DNA from: Escherichia coli
Lineage (GTDB): Bacteria > Pseudomonadota > Gammaproteobacteria > Enterobacterales > Enterobacteriaceae
Reading direction: 5' to 3' (one strand)
Length of the DNA: 64,000 nucleotides
NCBI RefSeq assembly: GCF_002854065.1
Contig: NZ_CP024147.1
The position numbers and the translations under genes are program-made. Below, in pieces: positions 20,476 to 38,460 of the stretch. Positions within the stretch are counted from its first letter, which is position 1. Each line of letters opens with the position of its first letter. A model generated the notes under the pieces. That model was given only the letters and a program-made list of their open reading frames with translations. It had not been told where the DNA came from and did not search any database.

Positions 20476-22846
20476 TCAGTTCAGCCAGGCTTAACCAGGT
20501 TTGCACCACGGTGTCCGGATTCAGAGACAGGCTATCGATCCCCTCTTCCATCAACCATGCGGCAAAATCTTCGTGGTCGGACGGACCCTGACCGCAAATC
20601 CCGACATATTTGCCCTGTTTCTTCGCGGCACGAATCGCCATCGACAGCAGTGCTTTCACCGCATCGTTGCGCTCATCGAACAATTCAGACACCACGCCGG
20701 AGTCACGATCCAGACCGAGCGCCAGCTGCGTCATATCGTTTGAGCCAATTGAGAAGCCGTCGAAATATTCGAGGAACTGCTCGGCCAGCAAGGCGTTGGA
20801 CGGGATTTCACACATCATGATGATTTTCAGCCCGTTCTCACCACGCTTCAGCCCCTGACGCGCCAGTTCCTCAACCACCGCTTTCGCCTGATCTACGGTA
20901 CGCACGAACGGGATCATGATCTCAACGTTGGTCAGCCCCATGTCGTTGCGCACACGTTTCACTGCTTCGCACTCCAGCGCGAAACAGTCGCGGAAGCTGT
21001 CGGAAACATAGCGGCCCGCGCCACGGAAGCCGAGCATCGGGTTCTCTTCATCTGGCTCGTAACGCTCACCACCGACCAGGTTGGCATATTCGTTCGATTT
21101 AAAATCAGAGAGCCGGACAATGACGCGCTTCGGATAAAACGCGGCACCCAGCGTCGCGATCCCTTCAGTCAGACGACCAACGTAAAATTCACGCGGAGAA
21201 TCAAAACCTTTCATCATCTCGCGGATTTCGTTTTGCAACTGCGGTTCCTGATCGTCAAACTCAAGCAGTGCGCGTGGGTGGACGCCAATCATACGGTTGA
21301 TGATAAATTCCAGACGCGCAAGTCCCACGCCTTCGTTCGGCAGACAGGCGAAGTCGAAAGCTCGGTCCGGGTTACCGACGTTCATCATCACTTTCAACGG
21401 CAGATCCGGCATCGTTTCTACGCTGGAGCTTTTCACGCTAAATTCCAGCAACTCCGCATAGACGTAACCGGTATCACCTTCGGCACAAGAAACAGTGACG
21501 TTCTCACCGTCTTTCATCCGTTCTGTTGCATCACCACAGCCCACTACCGCCGGAATGCCCAGTTCACGAGCGATGATCGCCGCGTGACAGGTACGACCGC
21601 CACGGTTGGTGACGATGGCAGATGCTTTCTTCATGATCGGTTCCCAGTCCGGGTCGGTCATGTCAGTGACCAGCACGTCACCAGGTTCGATGCGGTTCAT
21701 TTCGCTGATGTCATGGATGACTTTCACCGGACCCGCACCGATGCGATGACCGATAGCACGGCCTTCGGCGATAATCTTACCCTGTGAATGCAGCGTATAA
21801 CGCTCCATGACCTGACCGCGTGAGCGCACGGTTTCCGGACGCGCCTGCACAATGAACAGTTTGCCGGTGTGGCCATCTTTCGCCCACTCAATATCCATCG
21901 GGCGACCGTAGTGTTTCTCAATTTGTACGGCCTGTTTTGCCAGTTCCTGCACTTCTTCGTTGGTCAGCGAGAAGATGTCACGCTGTTCCTGCGGTACGTC
22001 TTCGATTTTAACCTGCTTGCCGTGCTCCTGGGTCGGCGCGTAAACCATGCGGATTTTTTTCGACCCCATGGTGCGGCGCACGATAGCCGGGCGATTCGCC
22101 GCCAGTGTCGGTTTATGCACGTAAAACTCATCCGGGTTAACCGCACCCTGCACGACCATCTCACCAAGGCCCCATGCGGAAGTGATAAACACCACCTGGT
22201 CAAAGCCGGATTCGGTATCAATGGAGAACATCACGCCAGATGATGCGAGGTCAGAGCGCACCATCCGTTGAACACCAGCGGAGAGCGCCACACCACGGTG
22301 ATCGTAACCCTGGTGCACACGATAAGAGATGGCGCGATCGTTAAACAGAGAAGCAAATACATGTTTCACTGCCACGAGAACGGCGTCAAAACCCTGAACG
22401 TTGAGGAAGGTTTCCTGCTGACCGGCAAAAGAAGCGTCCGGCATATCTTCTGCGGTGGCGGAGGAGCGCACCGCAAAAGAGGCGTTTTCGTCATCGGCGG
22501 AAAGCTGTGCATAGGCTTCGCGGATGGCGTTTTCCAGCTCAGGCTGGAAGGGAGTGTCGATAATCCACTGGCGGATTTGCGTGCCCGCTTTCGCAAGCTG
22601 AGTAACATCGTCAATATCCGTTTTATCCAGCAGTTCATAAATGCGCTGGTTTACGCCGCTTTGGTCCAGAAACTGGTTAAACGCGTCGGCGGTTGTGGCG
22701 AAACCATTCGGAACGGAAACACCCATTCCGGAAAGGTTAGTAATCATTTCACCCAGGGAGGCATTTTTGCCCCCAACCCTGTCTACATCATTCATGCCGA
22801 GTTGGTTATACCAAAGCACCAGCGGTGACGAGCCATTGTTGGACAT
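20468..22846 (-). CDS. ppsA: phosphoenolpyruvate synthase
   Basis: 792-aa ORF recognised as PpsA. Confidence 0.95.
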   Translation of the reverse strand: MSNNGSSPLVLWYNQLGMNDVDRVGGKNASLGEMITNLSGMGVSVPNGFATTADAFNQFLDQSGVNQRIYELLDKTDIDDVTQLAKAGTQIRQWIIDTPFQPELENAIREAYAQLSADDENASFAVRSSATAEDMPDASFAGQQETFLNVQGFDAVLVAVKHVFASLFNDRAISYRVHQGYDHRGVALSAGVQRMVRSDLASSGVMFSIDTESGFDQVVFITSAWGLGEMVVQGAVNPDEFYVHKPTLAANRPAIVRRTMGSKKIRMVYAPTQEHGKQVKIEDVPQEQRDIFSLTNEEVQELAKQAVQIEKHYGRPMDIEWAKDGHTGKLFIVQARPETVRSRGQVMERYTLHSQGKIIAEGRAIGHRIGAGPVKVIHDISEMNRIEPGDVLVTDMTDPDWEPIMKKASAIVTNRGGRTCHAAIIARELGIPAVVGCGDATERMKDGENVTVSCAEGDTGYVYAELLEFSVKSSSVETMPDLPLKVMMNVGNPDRAFDFACLPNEGVGLARLEFIINRMIGVHPRALLEFDDQEPQLQNEIREMMKGFDSPREFYVGRLTEGIATLGAAFYPKRVIVRLSDFKSNEYANLVGGERYEPDEENPMLGFRGAGRYVSDSFRDCFALECEAVKRVRNDMGLTNVEIMIPFVRTVDQAKAVVEELARQGLKRGENGLKIIMMCEIPSNALLAEQFLEYFDGFSIGSNDMTQLALGLDRDSGVVSELFDERNDAVKALLSMAIRAAKKQGKYVGICGQGPSDHEDFAAWLMEEGIDSLSLNPDTVVQTWLSLAELKK

Positions 22847-22932
22847 CGAACAATCCTTTTGTGATAAATGAACGGTTTGAGAAACACATTTCTGCGCATT
22901 TATCTTTGCATATTTAACCGGATGAAAAAAAC

Positions 22933-22948
22933 GGTGAATCGTTCAAGC
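22933..22948. promoter_or_regulatory. candidate Cra (FruR) operator upstream of ppsA (ggtgaatcgttcaagc)
   Basis: Imperfect palindrome TGAATCGTTCA in ppsA upstream region; Cra activation of ppsA is established. Confidence 0.4.
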
Positions 22949-23178
22949 AAATATATTTTTTTACTTTTTAAGACTGATCCCAGCGTTGCGCAAACCTGCT
23001 CTCTTCGACAATTTCCACATAAACCATCGGTATAAACGAAACCATAAAAATGAAATGCTGTTTTCATAAAAAATAAAATTGAAGGTTCATTTTATAAACC
23101 AGACATAACGTTCTACGCTTCTGTGCGTTTTTAATTTATGCTTTCATAGAATTATGTCTGCATCACGGGAAGAACAAA

Positions 23179-24012
23179 ATGGATAATGCTGTTGATCGCC
23201 ACGTTTTTTATATTTCTGATGGTACGGCAATAACTGCGGAGGTATTAGGACACGCAGTAATGTCACAATTTCCCGTCACTATCAGCAGCATCACGCTGCC
23301 GTTTGTCGAAAATGAGAGCCGTGCACGGGCAGTGAAGGATCAGATTGACGCAATTTATCACCAGACAGGCGTGCGCCCGCTGGTCTTCTACTCCATCGTG
23401 TTGCCGGAGATTCGCGCCATCATCTTGCAAAGTGAAGGTTTTTGCCAGGATATCGTTCAGGCGCTGGTTGCCCCGCTACAACAAGAGATGAAACTGGATC
23501 CAACGCCGATTGCTCATCGTACCCATGGCCTTAACCCTAATAATCTCAATAAATATGATGCGCGCATTGCGGCGATTGATTACACCCTCGCCCACGATGA
23601 CGGCATTTCGTTGCGCAATCTGGACCAGGCTCAGGTGATCCTGCTCGGTGTTTCTCGCTGTGGTAAAACCCCCACCAGTCTGTATCTGGCAATGCAGTTT
23701 GGTATCCGCGCGGCAAACTACCCCTTTATTGCCGACGATATGGATAATCTGGTGCTACCCGCGTCGCTCAAACCGCTTCAGCATAAATTGTTCGGCCTGA
23801 CTATCGACCCGGAACGTCTGGCGGCGATTCGCGAGGAACGTCGGGAGAACAGTCGCTATGCCTCGCTTCGTCAGTGCAGGATGGAAGTCGCGGAAGTGGA
23901 AGCCTTGTACCGTAAAAATCAGATCCCGTGGATTAACAGTACCAATTATTCGGTAGAAGAGATTGCCACCAAGATCCTCGATATCATGGGCCTTAGTCGC
24001 CGAATGTACTAG
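23179..24012 (+). CDS. ppsR: PEP synthase regulatory protein (bifunctional kinase/pyrophosphorylase, DUF299)
   Basis: 277-aa ORF divergent from ppsA. Confidence 0.9.
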
Positions 24013-24023
24013 AGAACTAGTGC
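24006..24023 (+). promoter_or_regulatory. TrpR operator of the aroH promoter (GTACTAGAGAACTAGTGC)
   Basis: Near-palindromic trp-operator-like sequence read directly; overlaps ppsR stop codon. Confidence 0.6.
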
Positions 24024-24168
24024 ATTAGCTTATTTTTTTGTTATCATGCTAACCACCCGGCGAGGTGTGACACACCTCGCACTTGAAATCAGCAGCGATT
24101 GGTTTATCGTGATGCGCATCACTTCCCGGCAGTCCTGCCGTAGAAGCAACAAATTTCTGAGACTTGTA

Positions 24169-25215
24169 ATGAACAGAACTGACGAACTCCGTACTGCGCG
24201 TATTGAGAGCCTGGTAACGCCCGCCGAACTCGCGCTACGGTATCCCGTAACGCCTGGAGTCGCCACCCATGTCACCGACTCCCGCCGCAGAATTGAAAAA
24301 ATACTGAATGGTGAAGATAAGCGACTGTTGGTCATTATTGGCCCCTGCTCGATCCACGATCTCACCGCTGCAATGGAGTACGCCACCCGTCTGCAGTCGC
24401 TGCGCAACCAGTACCAGTCACGGCTGGAAATCGTAATGCGCACCTATTTTGAAAAACCACGAACTGTTGTCGGCTGGAAAGGACTAATCTCCGATCCAGA
24501 TTTAAACGGCAGCTATCGGGTAAATCACGGTCTGGAGCTGGCGCGCAAATTACTTTTACAGGTAAATGAGCTGGGCGTCCCAACCGCGACCGAGTTCCTC
24601 GATATGGTGACCGGTCAGTTTATTGCTGATTTAATCAGTTGGGGCGCGATTGGCGCACGTACTACCGAAAGTCAGATCCACCGTGAAATGGCTTCGGCAC
24701 TCTCCTGTCCGGTAGGTTTTAAAAATGGTACCGATGGCAACACGCGGATTGCTGTGGATGCTATCCGCGCAGCCCGCGCCAGCCATATGTTCCTCTCGCC
24801 AGACAAAAATGGTCAGATGACCATCTATCAGACCAGCGGCAACCCGTATGGCCACATTATTATGCGTGGCGGCAAAAAACCGAATTATCATGCCGATGAT
24901 ATCGCCGCAGCCTGCGATACGCTGCACGAGTTTGATTTACCTGAACATCTGGTGGTGGATTTCAGCCACGGTAACTGCCAGAAGCAGCACCGTCGCCAGT
25001 TAGAAGTTTGTGAGGATATTTGTCAGCAAATTCGCAATGGCTCTACGGCGATTGCTGGAATTATGGCGGAAAGTTTCCTGCGCGAAGGAACGCAAAAAAT
25101 CGTCGGCAGTCAGCCGCTCACTTACGGTCAATCCATTACCGACCCGTGTCTGGGCTGGGAAGATACCGAACGCCTGGTCGAAAAACTCGCCTCTGCGGTA
25201 GATACCCGCTTCTGA
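24169..25215 (+). CDS. aroH: DAHP synthase, tryptophan-sensitive isozyme (348 aa)
   Basis: Track ORF 24046..25215 trimmed to ATG 24169 (MNRTDELRT...). Confidence 0.95.
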   Translation: MNRTDELRTARIESLVTPAELALRYPVTPGVATHVTDSRRRIEKILNGEDKRLLVIIGPCSIHDLTAAMEYATRLQSLRNQYQSRLEIVMRTYFEKPRTVVGWKGLISDPDLNGSYRVNHGLELARKLLLQVNELGVPTATEFLDMVTGQFIADLISWGAIGARTTESQIHREMASALSCPVGFKNGTDGNTRIAVDAIRAARASHMFLSPDKNGQMTIYQTSGNPYGHIIMRGGKKPNYHADDIAAACDTLHEFDLPEHLVVDFSHGNCQKQHRRQLEVCEDICQQIRNGSTAIAGIMAESFLREGTQKIVGSQPLTYGQSITDPCLGWEDTERLVEKLASAVDTRF

Positions 25216-25346
25216 ATGCGTGCCCATTCCTGACGGGATGGGCATTTCTGCGCAACTTGTTGTCTTCTCAACACATTACTGCTTGCTCTGGTCAGCCATA
25301 ATATTGATAATAAGAATCATTGTTATATCAATTATTATTAATTTTT

Positions 25347-25538
25347 ATGCGTTATACGGATAGCAGAAAACTCACGCCTGAAACGGATGCCAATCACAAG
25401 ACCGCTTCCCCGCAGCCTATTCGGCGAATTTCCAGCCAGACACTGTTAGGTCCGGATGGCAAACTGATTATCGATCATGACGGGCAAGAATATCTGCTCC
25501 GTAAAACTCAGGCTGGCAAGCTGCTGTTGACCAAGTAG
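25347..25538 (+). CDS. ydiE: small HemP-like protein (63 aa)
   Basis: Track ORF 25320..25538 trimmed to MRYTDSRK... Confidence 0.7.
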
Positions 25539-25541
25539 CCT

Positions 25542-27017
<1,476 letters not shown>

Positions 27018-27040
27018 TTAAACACCAGCAAACAGGAGGG

Positions 27041-27754
27041 TTATCGCTGAACCAACGTCGTTATCTGATTTATAGGAACGGCAGGCCACAGGCATCCCTG
27101 GAGAGCATGGAAATCGAAGGGGGTAATCTGTGCCAATATTTCTGCCGTATCAATGCCCCCCGCGATGATGCAATTGCAACAAGGGGAAATTTGCGCCTGG
27201 ATCGCACGAATAAACGGTTCGAAGGAGCGGTGCGTGATTTGTTGCTGAATAAAACTTTTATCCAGCATGACGCGGGTGAAAAGACCATCAAAAACCGCTT
27301 TCATTGTGCTATTGCCTGCTCCCAAATTACCTAACACAAGGGGATACACTTGCGATAAGGATAAAAGACCGCGATTATCTTTTCCTTCATTGAGATGCGG
27401 GTAATTCTCATTAATCAACAGTTCAATAAACGGATATTTTAATAGTTCGCCTGCGTAATTATCCCTGTCTAATAATAATGTAGCCACTTGTGGCGTTAAA
27501 TTAAGCCAGGCAAAGAGTTTATGTTGAATAAAAAAATGTTGGCATGATTTTAGTAATTCCAACTGCTCTGAAAATAATTGCCAATGTTGCTCCTCGGTAA
27601 GTTGCGCTATAACCCGACTCGTCGGGATACGCACCGTGCCATCTTCACTGGAGAAATGGGTAATTAACTCAACGCCGACAAGGACTTGCTGGTTATCTCT
27701 TATCGGCAGGAAATAGCAATCAGAATGATAAAGATTCTCCAAAAAAATCTTCAT
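27041..27754 (-). CDS. ydiV: anti-FlhD4C2 factor, degenerate EAL-domain protein
   Basis: 237-aa ORF; synteny; AT-rich gene. Confidence 0.85.
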   Translation of the reverse strand: MKIFLENLYHSDCYFLPIRDNQQVLVGVELITHFSSEDGTVRIPTSRVIAQLTEEQHWQLFSEQLELLKSCQHFFIQHKLFAWLNLTPQVATLLLDRDNYAGELLKYPFIELLINENYPHLNEGKDNRGLLSLSQVYPLVLGNLGAGNSTMKAVFDGLFTRVMLDKSFIQQQITHRSFEPFIRAIQAQISPCCNCIIAGGIDTAEILAQITPFDFHALQGCLWPAVPINQITTLVQR

Positions 27755-28000
27755 GGTAACCGTCCCTCTCGAAGGATGTTTTTCAGTATCCGGCTAAAAG
27801 GGATGAGGCCATAAGACATAACAATTACAGAAGGAGTAACTTTCATTTGTTCCATGTTAACCACTTTTTCAGGGGTCCTTTTTTTAGATTATCCTGATTA
27901 TAAACGAATAATCCATTTACGGAATTTTTGTCTGCAAAATACTACTGTATTCTGGAGTAAATGGACGGCGATGTATCATCGCCGTCCAATTTTCGACATA

Positions 28001-28465
28001 CTAGATTCGTCTCGCCTGCCAGAAATTTTTCTGCCAATAGACATTATCAAGTGAGGAACGCATCACTCCCTTGCTGGTAGAGGCGTGGATAAATTGGTTG
28101 TTGGTATCGTAAATACCTACATGCAAACCATTTTGTCCGGAACCCGTTTTGAAAAAGACCAGGTCACCAGGCAGCAACTCGTCTTTATCAATTTGCGTGC
28201 CGATAGAGGCTTGTTCTTTGGTTTCTCGGGGCAGCTGCAAATCGAAACGATCGCGCATCGTCACAACCACAAATCCCGAACAGTCCACACCGCGCCGCGT
28301 CATGCCACCATAACGATACGGCGTGCCATGCCAGCTTTGTAGCTGGTCGTTCAAACCGGCAATAACGGTAATCGAATCAGAAAGTCTGGCATTTGGCGGC
28401 GGTGCTTTATGGTGGCTACACCCGGCCAGAAACAGTGCTGTGATCAAAATAAGGCAGAAACGCAT
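28001..28465 (-). CDS. nlpC: NlpC/P60-family lipoprotein (peptidoglycan endopeptidase family)
   Basis: 154-aa ORF with lipoprotein signal (LAGC). Confidence 0.85.
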   Translation of the reverse strand: MRFCLILITALFLAGCSHHKAPPPNARLSDSITVIAGLNDQLQSWHGTPYRYGGMTRRGVDCSGFVVVTMRDRFDLQLPRETKEQASIGTQIDKDELLPGDLVFFKTGSGQNGLHVGIYDTNNQFIHASTSKGVMRSSLDNVYWQKNFWQARRI

Positions 28466-28542
28466 TCCGTACGGTTCCTCTGTTTTTTATTCTTGCATTA
28501 ATTTAGCGTCGTAATTACCCGATTTTCAAGATACTAATGAAA

Positions 28543-29292
28543 TCAGATGGTCGAAATCAGCATTCTGTGACCTTCGATATCCAGACGGCGAAAATTCATC
28601 CCATAGGCCTGCGCCAGATTTGGCGGCGTGAGCACCTCTTCTCTGCGTCCACTGGCCAGCATTTTTCCACCTTTTAGCAACCACGCCCGATGCGCATGAC
28701 GCAATGTGTGGTTGAGATCGTGACTGCTCATCACAATCGCCAGTCCTTGCTGACACAGCGCGCTCAGAATTTTGTCTAACGCACTTTGTTGCGCAACATC
28801 AAGACTGTTCATCGGCTCATCAAGAAGCAGCAATTGGCCTGCGGGATTGGCTTGTGGTGTGATTTGCAGCACCACCGCAGCAAGACGTACGCGTTGCCAT
28901 TCACCGCCGGAAAGTTGATTGGTGCTACGTCCGAGTTTGTCATCAAGAGCCAGCGCCCCTGCGACATCATTCAGTAGTTCGGTACGCGTTTTATCGTGCT
29001 GATGCAGTGTCAGGTAGTGCCAGACCGGCATTGCAAACGGCGGCGTCTGCTGTTGTGAAAGATAGGCGCGATGCAGCGCGAGTTTTGTTGCGGACCATGC
29101 TTCCAGTGGTTGCCCCGCGAACTGAATGCTTCCCTTACCGCTGGTCATTCCGGCCATTCGCGCCAGTAAGGTACTCTTACCCGCGCCATTCGGCCCCACC
29201 AGGTGCAGGATCTCCCCAGCCCGAACCTCGCCAGAAAGCGGCCCCAGGCGGGTAGATTCCGCAACATCCTGTAACTGCATCACAATAGACAT
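28543..29292 (-). CDS. btuD: vitamin B12 ABC importer ATPase
   Basis: 249-aa ORF with Walker [10 protein letters not shown]. Confidence 0.9.
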
Positions 29293-29843
29293 TATTTTGC
29301 CAACGCCAGTTTAATGCTTTCCATCACAATGGGATCTTCCGGCGTCATATCCGGGGAAAAACGCTGGATGACCAATCCGTCCCTGCCAACTAAAAATTTC
29401 TCAAAATTCCATAAAATATCATCAGGGTACAGCGGTGCACGACCTTTGCTGACCATACGGGCATAGAATCCGCTCTCTTCCGGCGCGACTGCGGTCGGCG
29501 CTGCGGCAATCAATTTTTGATACAGCGGATGGCGTCCTTCGCCATTAACTTCAATCTTACTGAACATCGGGAACGTCACCCCCCATGTGGTGGTACAGTA
29601 AGTTTTAATCTCTTCATCGCTGCCCGGTTCTTGTTCCAGAAACTGGTTGCACGGGAATCCCAGCACCACAAAACCTCGATCGGCCCAGGCTTTCTGAATA
29701 TTCTCCAACTGCTCATATTGCGGCGTTAAGCCACACTTTGAGGCGACATTGACAATCAACAGCACATTACCGGCGTACTTCTCCAGCGTGGTCACTTCAC
29801 CGTCGATATCTTTCACTACGGTCGTCAGAATGGAATCTTGCAT
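29292..29843 (-). CDS. btuE: glutathione peroxidase homolog
   Basis: 183-aa ORF; shares a boundary base with btuD start. Confidence 0.9.
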
Positions 29844-29905
29844 CGTTTCTCCTGGGTGTGGTCAGTAAAAATCTTAGCTTTTAATCATAGACCGTCTTTT
29901 TGCGG

Positions 29906-30886
29906 CTAACGTCCTGCTTTTAACAATAACCAGATAAACACCGGCGCACCCAACGTTGCGGTGACCACGCCAATAGGCAGCTCTGCGGCAGCTAATGCCA
30001 GGCGCGCTACAATATCGGCCAGCAGCAATGCGCTCGCCCCTGCCAGCGCGCAGCCGGGAAGTAATACGCGATGATCGGTTAAACCACACAACCGAATAAT
30101 ATGTGGGATCACCAGACCAATAAAGCCGATAGCACCCGCCAGCGCCACACTGACGCCAACCATCCAGCCGGTCGCTGCCACCAGCACATTGCGCCAGAAC
30201 CACAGGGGTAAACCCAGTTGCCGCGCCGAGATCTCGCCAAGTGCTAACATATTCATCGGCCTGGACTGACAACAGATCCACAACAACACGGGGATCAATG
30301 CCAGCATCAGCCAGCTTTGCCGCCAGTCTACGCCGCCAAAACCGCCCATCATCCAGTACATCAGCTGACGTAAATCAACGGAGGTGGAAAAGTAGATAGC
30401 CCACGTCATTAGTGCGCTACAGATAATCCCTAATGCAACGCCAGCCAGCAATAACCGACTGGTCGAAAGATGACGACGGGCGAAACGTAAGAGTATTAAA
30501 GTGATGATAAGCGCGCCAGCAATCGCACACAGCCCTAGCGCCCAGTTGGGGAGTTGCCCTTGCCCAAGCAATACCGCGGCGATAAGCCCCACGCCTGCGC
30601 CGTTAGAGACGCCAAGTAGTCCAGGTTCTGCCAGAGGATTTTCAAACAACGCCTGCATTACAGCGCCGGATATAGCCAGCGCCGCACCAACCAGCAATAC
30701 AGCCAGCGTACGTGGCAGGCGAATTTGCCAGACGAACAGTTCGCCACGAGGAGAAAACCAGTCACCTGGCGAAATCCATTGTTCACCGGCGCAAAGGCTT
30801 AAGAGAAGCGCCAGCAGCATCAAAACTGACAGGCATAATAACCAGCGAATATTTTGTCGCTGTTGTTGGCGGGCAAGTGTCAGCAT
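29906..30886 (-). CDS. btuC: vitamin B12 ABC importer permease
   Basis: 326-aa polytopic membrane ORF. Confidence 0.9.
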   Translation of the reverse strand: MLTLARQQQRQNIRWLLCLSVLMLLALLLSLCAGEQWISPGDWFSPRGELFVWQIRLPRTLAVLLVGAALAISGAVMQALFENPLAEPGLLGVSNGAGVGLIAAVLLGQGQLPNWALGLCAIAGALIITLILLRFARRHLSTSRLLLAGVALGIICSALMTWAIYFSTSVDLRQLMYWMMGGFGGVDWRQSWLMLALIPVLLWICCQSRPMNMLALGEISARQLGLPLWFWRNVLVAATGWMVGVSVALAGAIGFIGLVIPHIIRLCGLTDHRVLLPGCALAGASALLLADIVARLALAAAELPIGVVTATLGAPVFIWLLLKAGR

Positions 30887-30986
30887 GGTATCCGTTCTGC
30901 TGAAGTGTCATGGCGTTGATTTTACGGTGACTCTTCGACAGTGAAAAGAAAAAAGGCCGCAGAGCGGCCTTTTTAGTTAGATCAGA

Positions 30987-31286
30987 TTACTCGTCTTTGG
31001 GCGAAGCGTTTTCGACCCGGCTTTTTAACTTCTGCCCGGGTCTGAAGGTCACCACGCGCCGTGCTGTAATGGGAATATCCTCGCCCGTTTTCGGGTTACG
31101 TCCCGGGCGTTGATTCTTATCACGCAGATCGAAGTTACCAAAACCAGAGAGTTTCACCTGTTCGCCGTTTTCCAGAGCGCGACGGATCTCTTCGAAAAAC
31201 AGTTCAACCAGTTCTTTGGCATCCCGCTTGCTAAGCCCAAGCTTATCAAACAGATATTCTGACATTTCAGCTTTTGTAAGCGCCAT
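30987..31286 (-). CDS. ihfA: integration host factor alpha subunit
   Basis: 99-aa ORF recognised as IHF-alpha. Confidence 0.95.
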
Positions 31287-31290
31287 AGGT

Positions 31291-33681
<2,391 letters not shown>

Positions 33682-33692
33682 CTATTCCTGCC

Positions 33693-34718
<1,026 letters not shown>

Positions 34719-34884
34719 TTAGAGCCTATCCCATCAGGCTATTTTACTTGCCATTTTGGTCCCGGGCAGTGCTCGAAATCCTCACGTACTTAAGTACGCT
34801 CCGGTTTCTCCGCACTGGCCGTATCCAGACTGGCTGCGACAATTACGCCTGATAGACTGGCTTTTTATTTTTCAAAACGCGCAT

Positions 34885-34912
34885 ACAAAAAAAGCCTCCA
34901 CTGGGAGGCTTT
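34885..34912 (-). terminator. pheST attenuator terminator (hairpin agcctcccagtggaggct followed by T7 on minus strand)
   Basis: Read directly between pheM and pheS. Confidence 0.65.
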
Positions 34913-34958
34913 CAGGCGCTGTTTTCCGTTTCTCTTCTCACGCGCTAGCCTCCTGGAT

Positions 34959-35003
34959 TCAGGTGCTAAAGTAAAAAAAGAAGCGGAAAATAGCAGCATT
35001 CAT
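34959..35003 (-). CDS. pheM: pheST operon leader peptide [14 protein letters not shown] (Phe-rich, 14 aa)
   Basis: Read directly on minus strand; 5 Phe codons in 14. Confidence 0.8.
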
Positions 35004-35125
35004 TGCTTGCGTTACCTTTTGGTACTCTTCAAAAGACCTTTATTGAAAAGGCTACGGCGATAAAAGTCAATGTTTTGATGGCGTTGAAACGAAAAGAGGG
35101 AGACTAGCTCCCTCTTTCAACTGGC

Positions 35126-35509
<384 letters not shown>

Positions 35510-35534
35510 TTAAAAAGTTAAAAACGTTAACGGC

Positions 35535-35756
<222 letters not shown>

Positions 35757-35828
35757 TTAATAAACGAAACAAAGGCGAACAAAGCCTGTGAAGCCCGAAG
35801 GCTCCACAGACAGTGCTGCTTGAAGGCC

Positions 35829-36374
<546 letters not shown>

Positions 36375-38303
36375 TTATTCCTCCAATTGTTTAAGACTGC
36401 GGCTGCGAATCTCTTGTTGCAGCTTCTCGATCACTTCATTTACGTCCATGCTTCCCAGGTCTTTACCACGGCGGGTGCGAACGGCAACTTTGCCTGATTC
36501 CACCTCTTTATCACCACAGACCAGCATATATGGGACGCGACGCAAAGTGTGCTCGCGGATTTTAAAGCCAATCTTCTCATTTCTCAAGTCTGCTTTAACA
36601 CGAATGCCCGCATTTGATAGTTTTTGCGTCAATTCGTTAACGTAATCAGACTGTGAATCGGTAATATTCATGATAACAACCTGAACCGGCGCAAGCCAGG
36701 TCGGGAAGAAACCAGCGAATTCTTCGGTCAGGATACCGATGAAACGTTCCATCGACCCAAGAATTGCGCGGTGAATCATTACCGGTACCTTACGCTCGTT
36801 GTCTTCGCCCACATAGGAGGCGCTCAGACGAGACGGCAAGGAGAAGTCCAGCTGTACTGTACCGCACTGCCATGCACGATCGAGGCAGTCATACAGGGTA
36901 AATTCAATTTTCGGACCGTAGAAAGCGCCTTCACCCAGTTGATATTCAAACGGGATGTTGTTTTCTTCCAGCGCAACCGCCAGGTCCGCCTCAGCACGAT
37001 CCCACATTTCGTCACTGCCAATACGTTTTTCAGGACGAGTGGAGAGTTTGACGACAATCTTCTCGAAGCCAAAAGTGCTGTACATATCATAGACTAAACG
37101 GATACATCCGTTAACTTCATCGCGAATTTGTTCTTCAGTACAGAAGATATGCGCGTCATCCTGGGTAAAACCACGCACGCGCATCAGGCCATGCAGCGAA
37201 CCTGACGGCTCGTTACGGTGGCAGCTACCAAACTCGGCCATACGCAGCGGCAGATCGCGATAAGACTTCAGCCCCTGGTTGAAAATTTGTACGTGACCCG
37301 GGCAGTTCATCGGCTTAATGCAGTATTCACGGTTCTCAGAAGACGTGGTGAACATTGCATCTTTGTAGTTGTCCCAGTGACCGGTTTTTTCCCACAGGAC
37401 ACGGTCCATCATGAACGGACCTTTAACTTCCTGATACTGGTACTCTTTCAGTTTAGAACGAACAAACACTTCCAGTTCACGGAAGATGGTCCAGCCGTCG
37501 TTGTGCCAGAATACCATACCCGGCGCTTCTTCCTGCATATGGTACAGGTCGAGCTGTTTACCGATTTTACGGTGGTCGCGTTTCGCGGCTTCTTCCAGGC
37601 GCTGCAGGTAAGCGTTAAGTGCTTTTTTGTCTGCCCACGCCGTACCGTAAATACGTTGCAACATTTTGTTGTTGCTGTCGCCACGCCAGTAAGCCCCTGC
37701 CGTTTTCATTAGTTTGAAATGATGGCAGAAACGCATGTTCGGTACGTGCGGACCGCGGCACATATCGACATATTCTTCATGGAAGTACAGACCTGGCTTG
37801 TCATCATGGGCGATGTTTTCGTCAAGAATGGAGACTTTGTAGCTCTCCCCACGGTTGGCGAAAGTTTCACGCGCTTCGTGCCAGCTGACTTTCTTCTTAA
37901 TGACGTCGTAGTTTTTCTCAGCAAGCTCATGCATCCGCTTCTCGAGTGCTTCGACATCTTCCTGGGTTAACGTGCGGTCAAGATCAACGTCGTAATAAAA
38001 ACCGTTGTCAATAACCGGGCCGATTGCCATTTTGGTATGCGGCCAAAGTTGTTTAATCGCGTGCCCTAACAGGTGCGCACAGGAGTGACGAATGATCTCC
38101 AGACCTTCTTCGTCTTTGGCGGTAATGATCGACAGTTGTGCGTCGTTTTCAATCAGATCGCAAGCATCAACCAGTTCGCCATTAACGCGCCCTGCGATAC
38201 AGGCTTTCGCCAGACCTGGACCAATGTCCAGCGCAACATCCATGGGGCTTACAGCGTGATCGTAATGGCGTTGGCTGCCATCAGGAAGAGTTATAACAGG
38301 CAT
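36375..38303 (-). CDS. thrS: threonyl-tRNA synthetase
   Basis: 642-aa ORF. Confidence 0.95.
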
Positions 38304-38460
38304 TTTATATCCTTATTTGCAGTGGTGACCCACACGAAAGATCACATACAAAGAAAAATTTGTTTATTAACAGTTCATTGCGAAACCATCTAGCCAACAA
38401 ATGCTAAATTGGTTCGCAATCAGGTACACAAATGAAAGACATTAACCTCTCACCTTCCAC
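38304..38460 (-). promoter_or_regulatory. thrS 5' leader / translational operator region (autoregulation by ThrRS), approximate extent
   Basis: Established for E. coli thrS; extent not verified from sequence. Confidence 0.35.

Noticed and set aside
20501-22871. Multiple plus-strand ORFs (for example 21233..21787, 21869..22243, 22268..22828) lying antisense within ppsA
   Set aside because: They are shadow ORFs inside a long, well-recognised gene on the opposite strand; no RBS or recognisable product.
36771-38393. Plus-strand ORFs antisense to thrS (for example 37218..37712)
   Set aside because: Antisense shadows of thrS.
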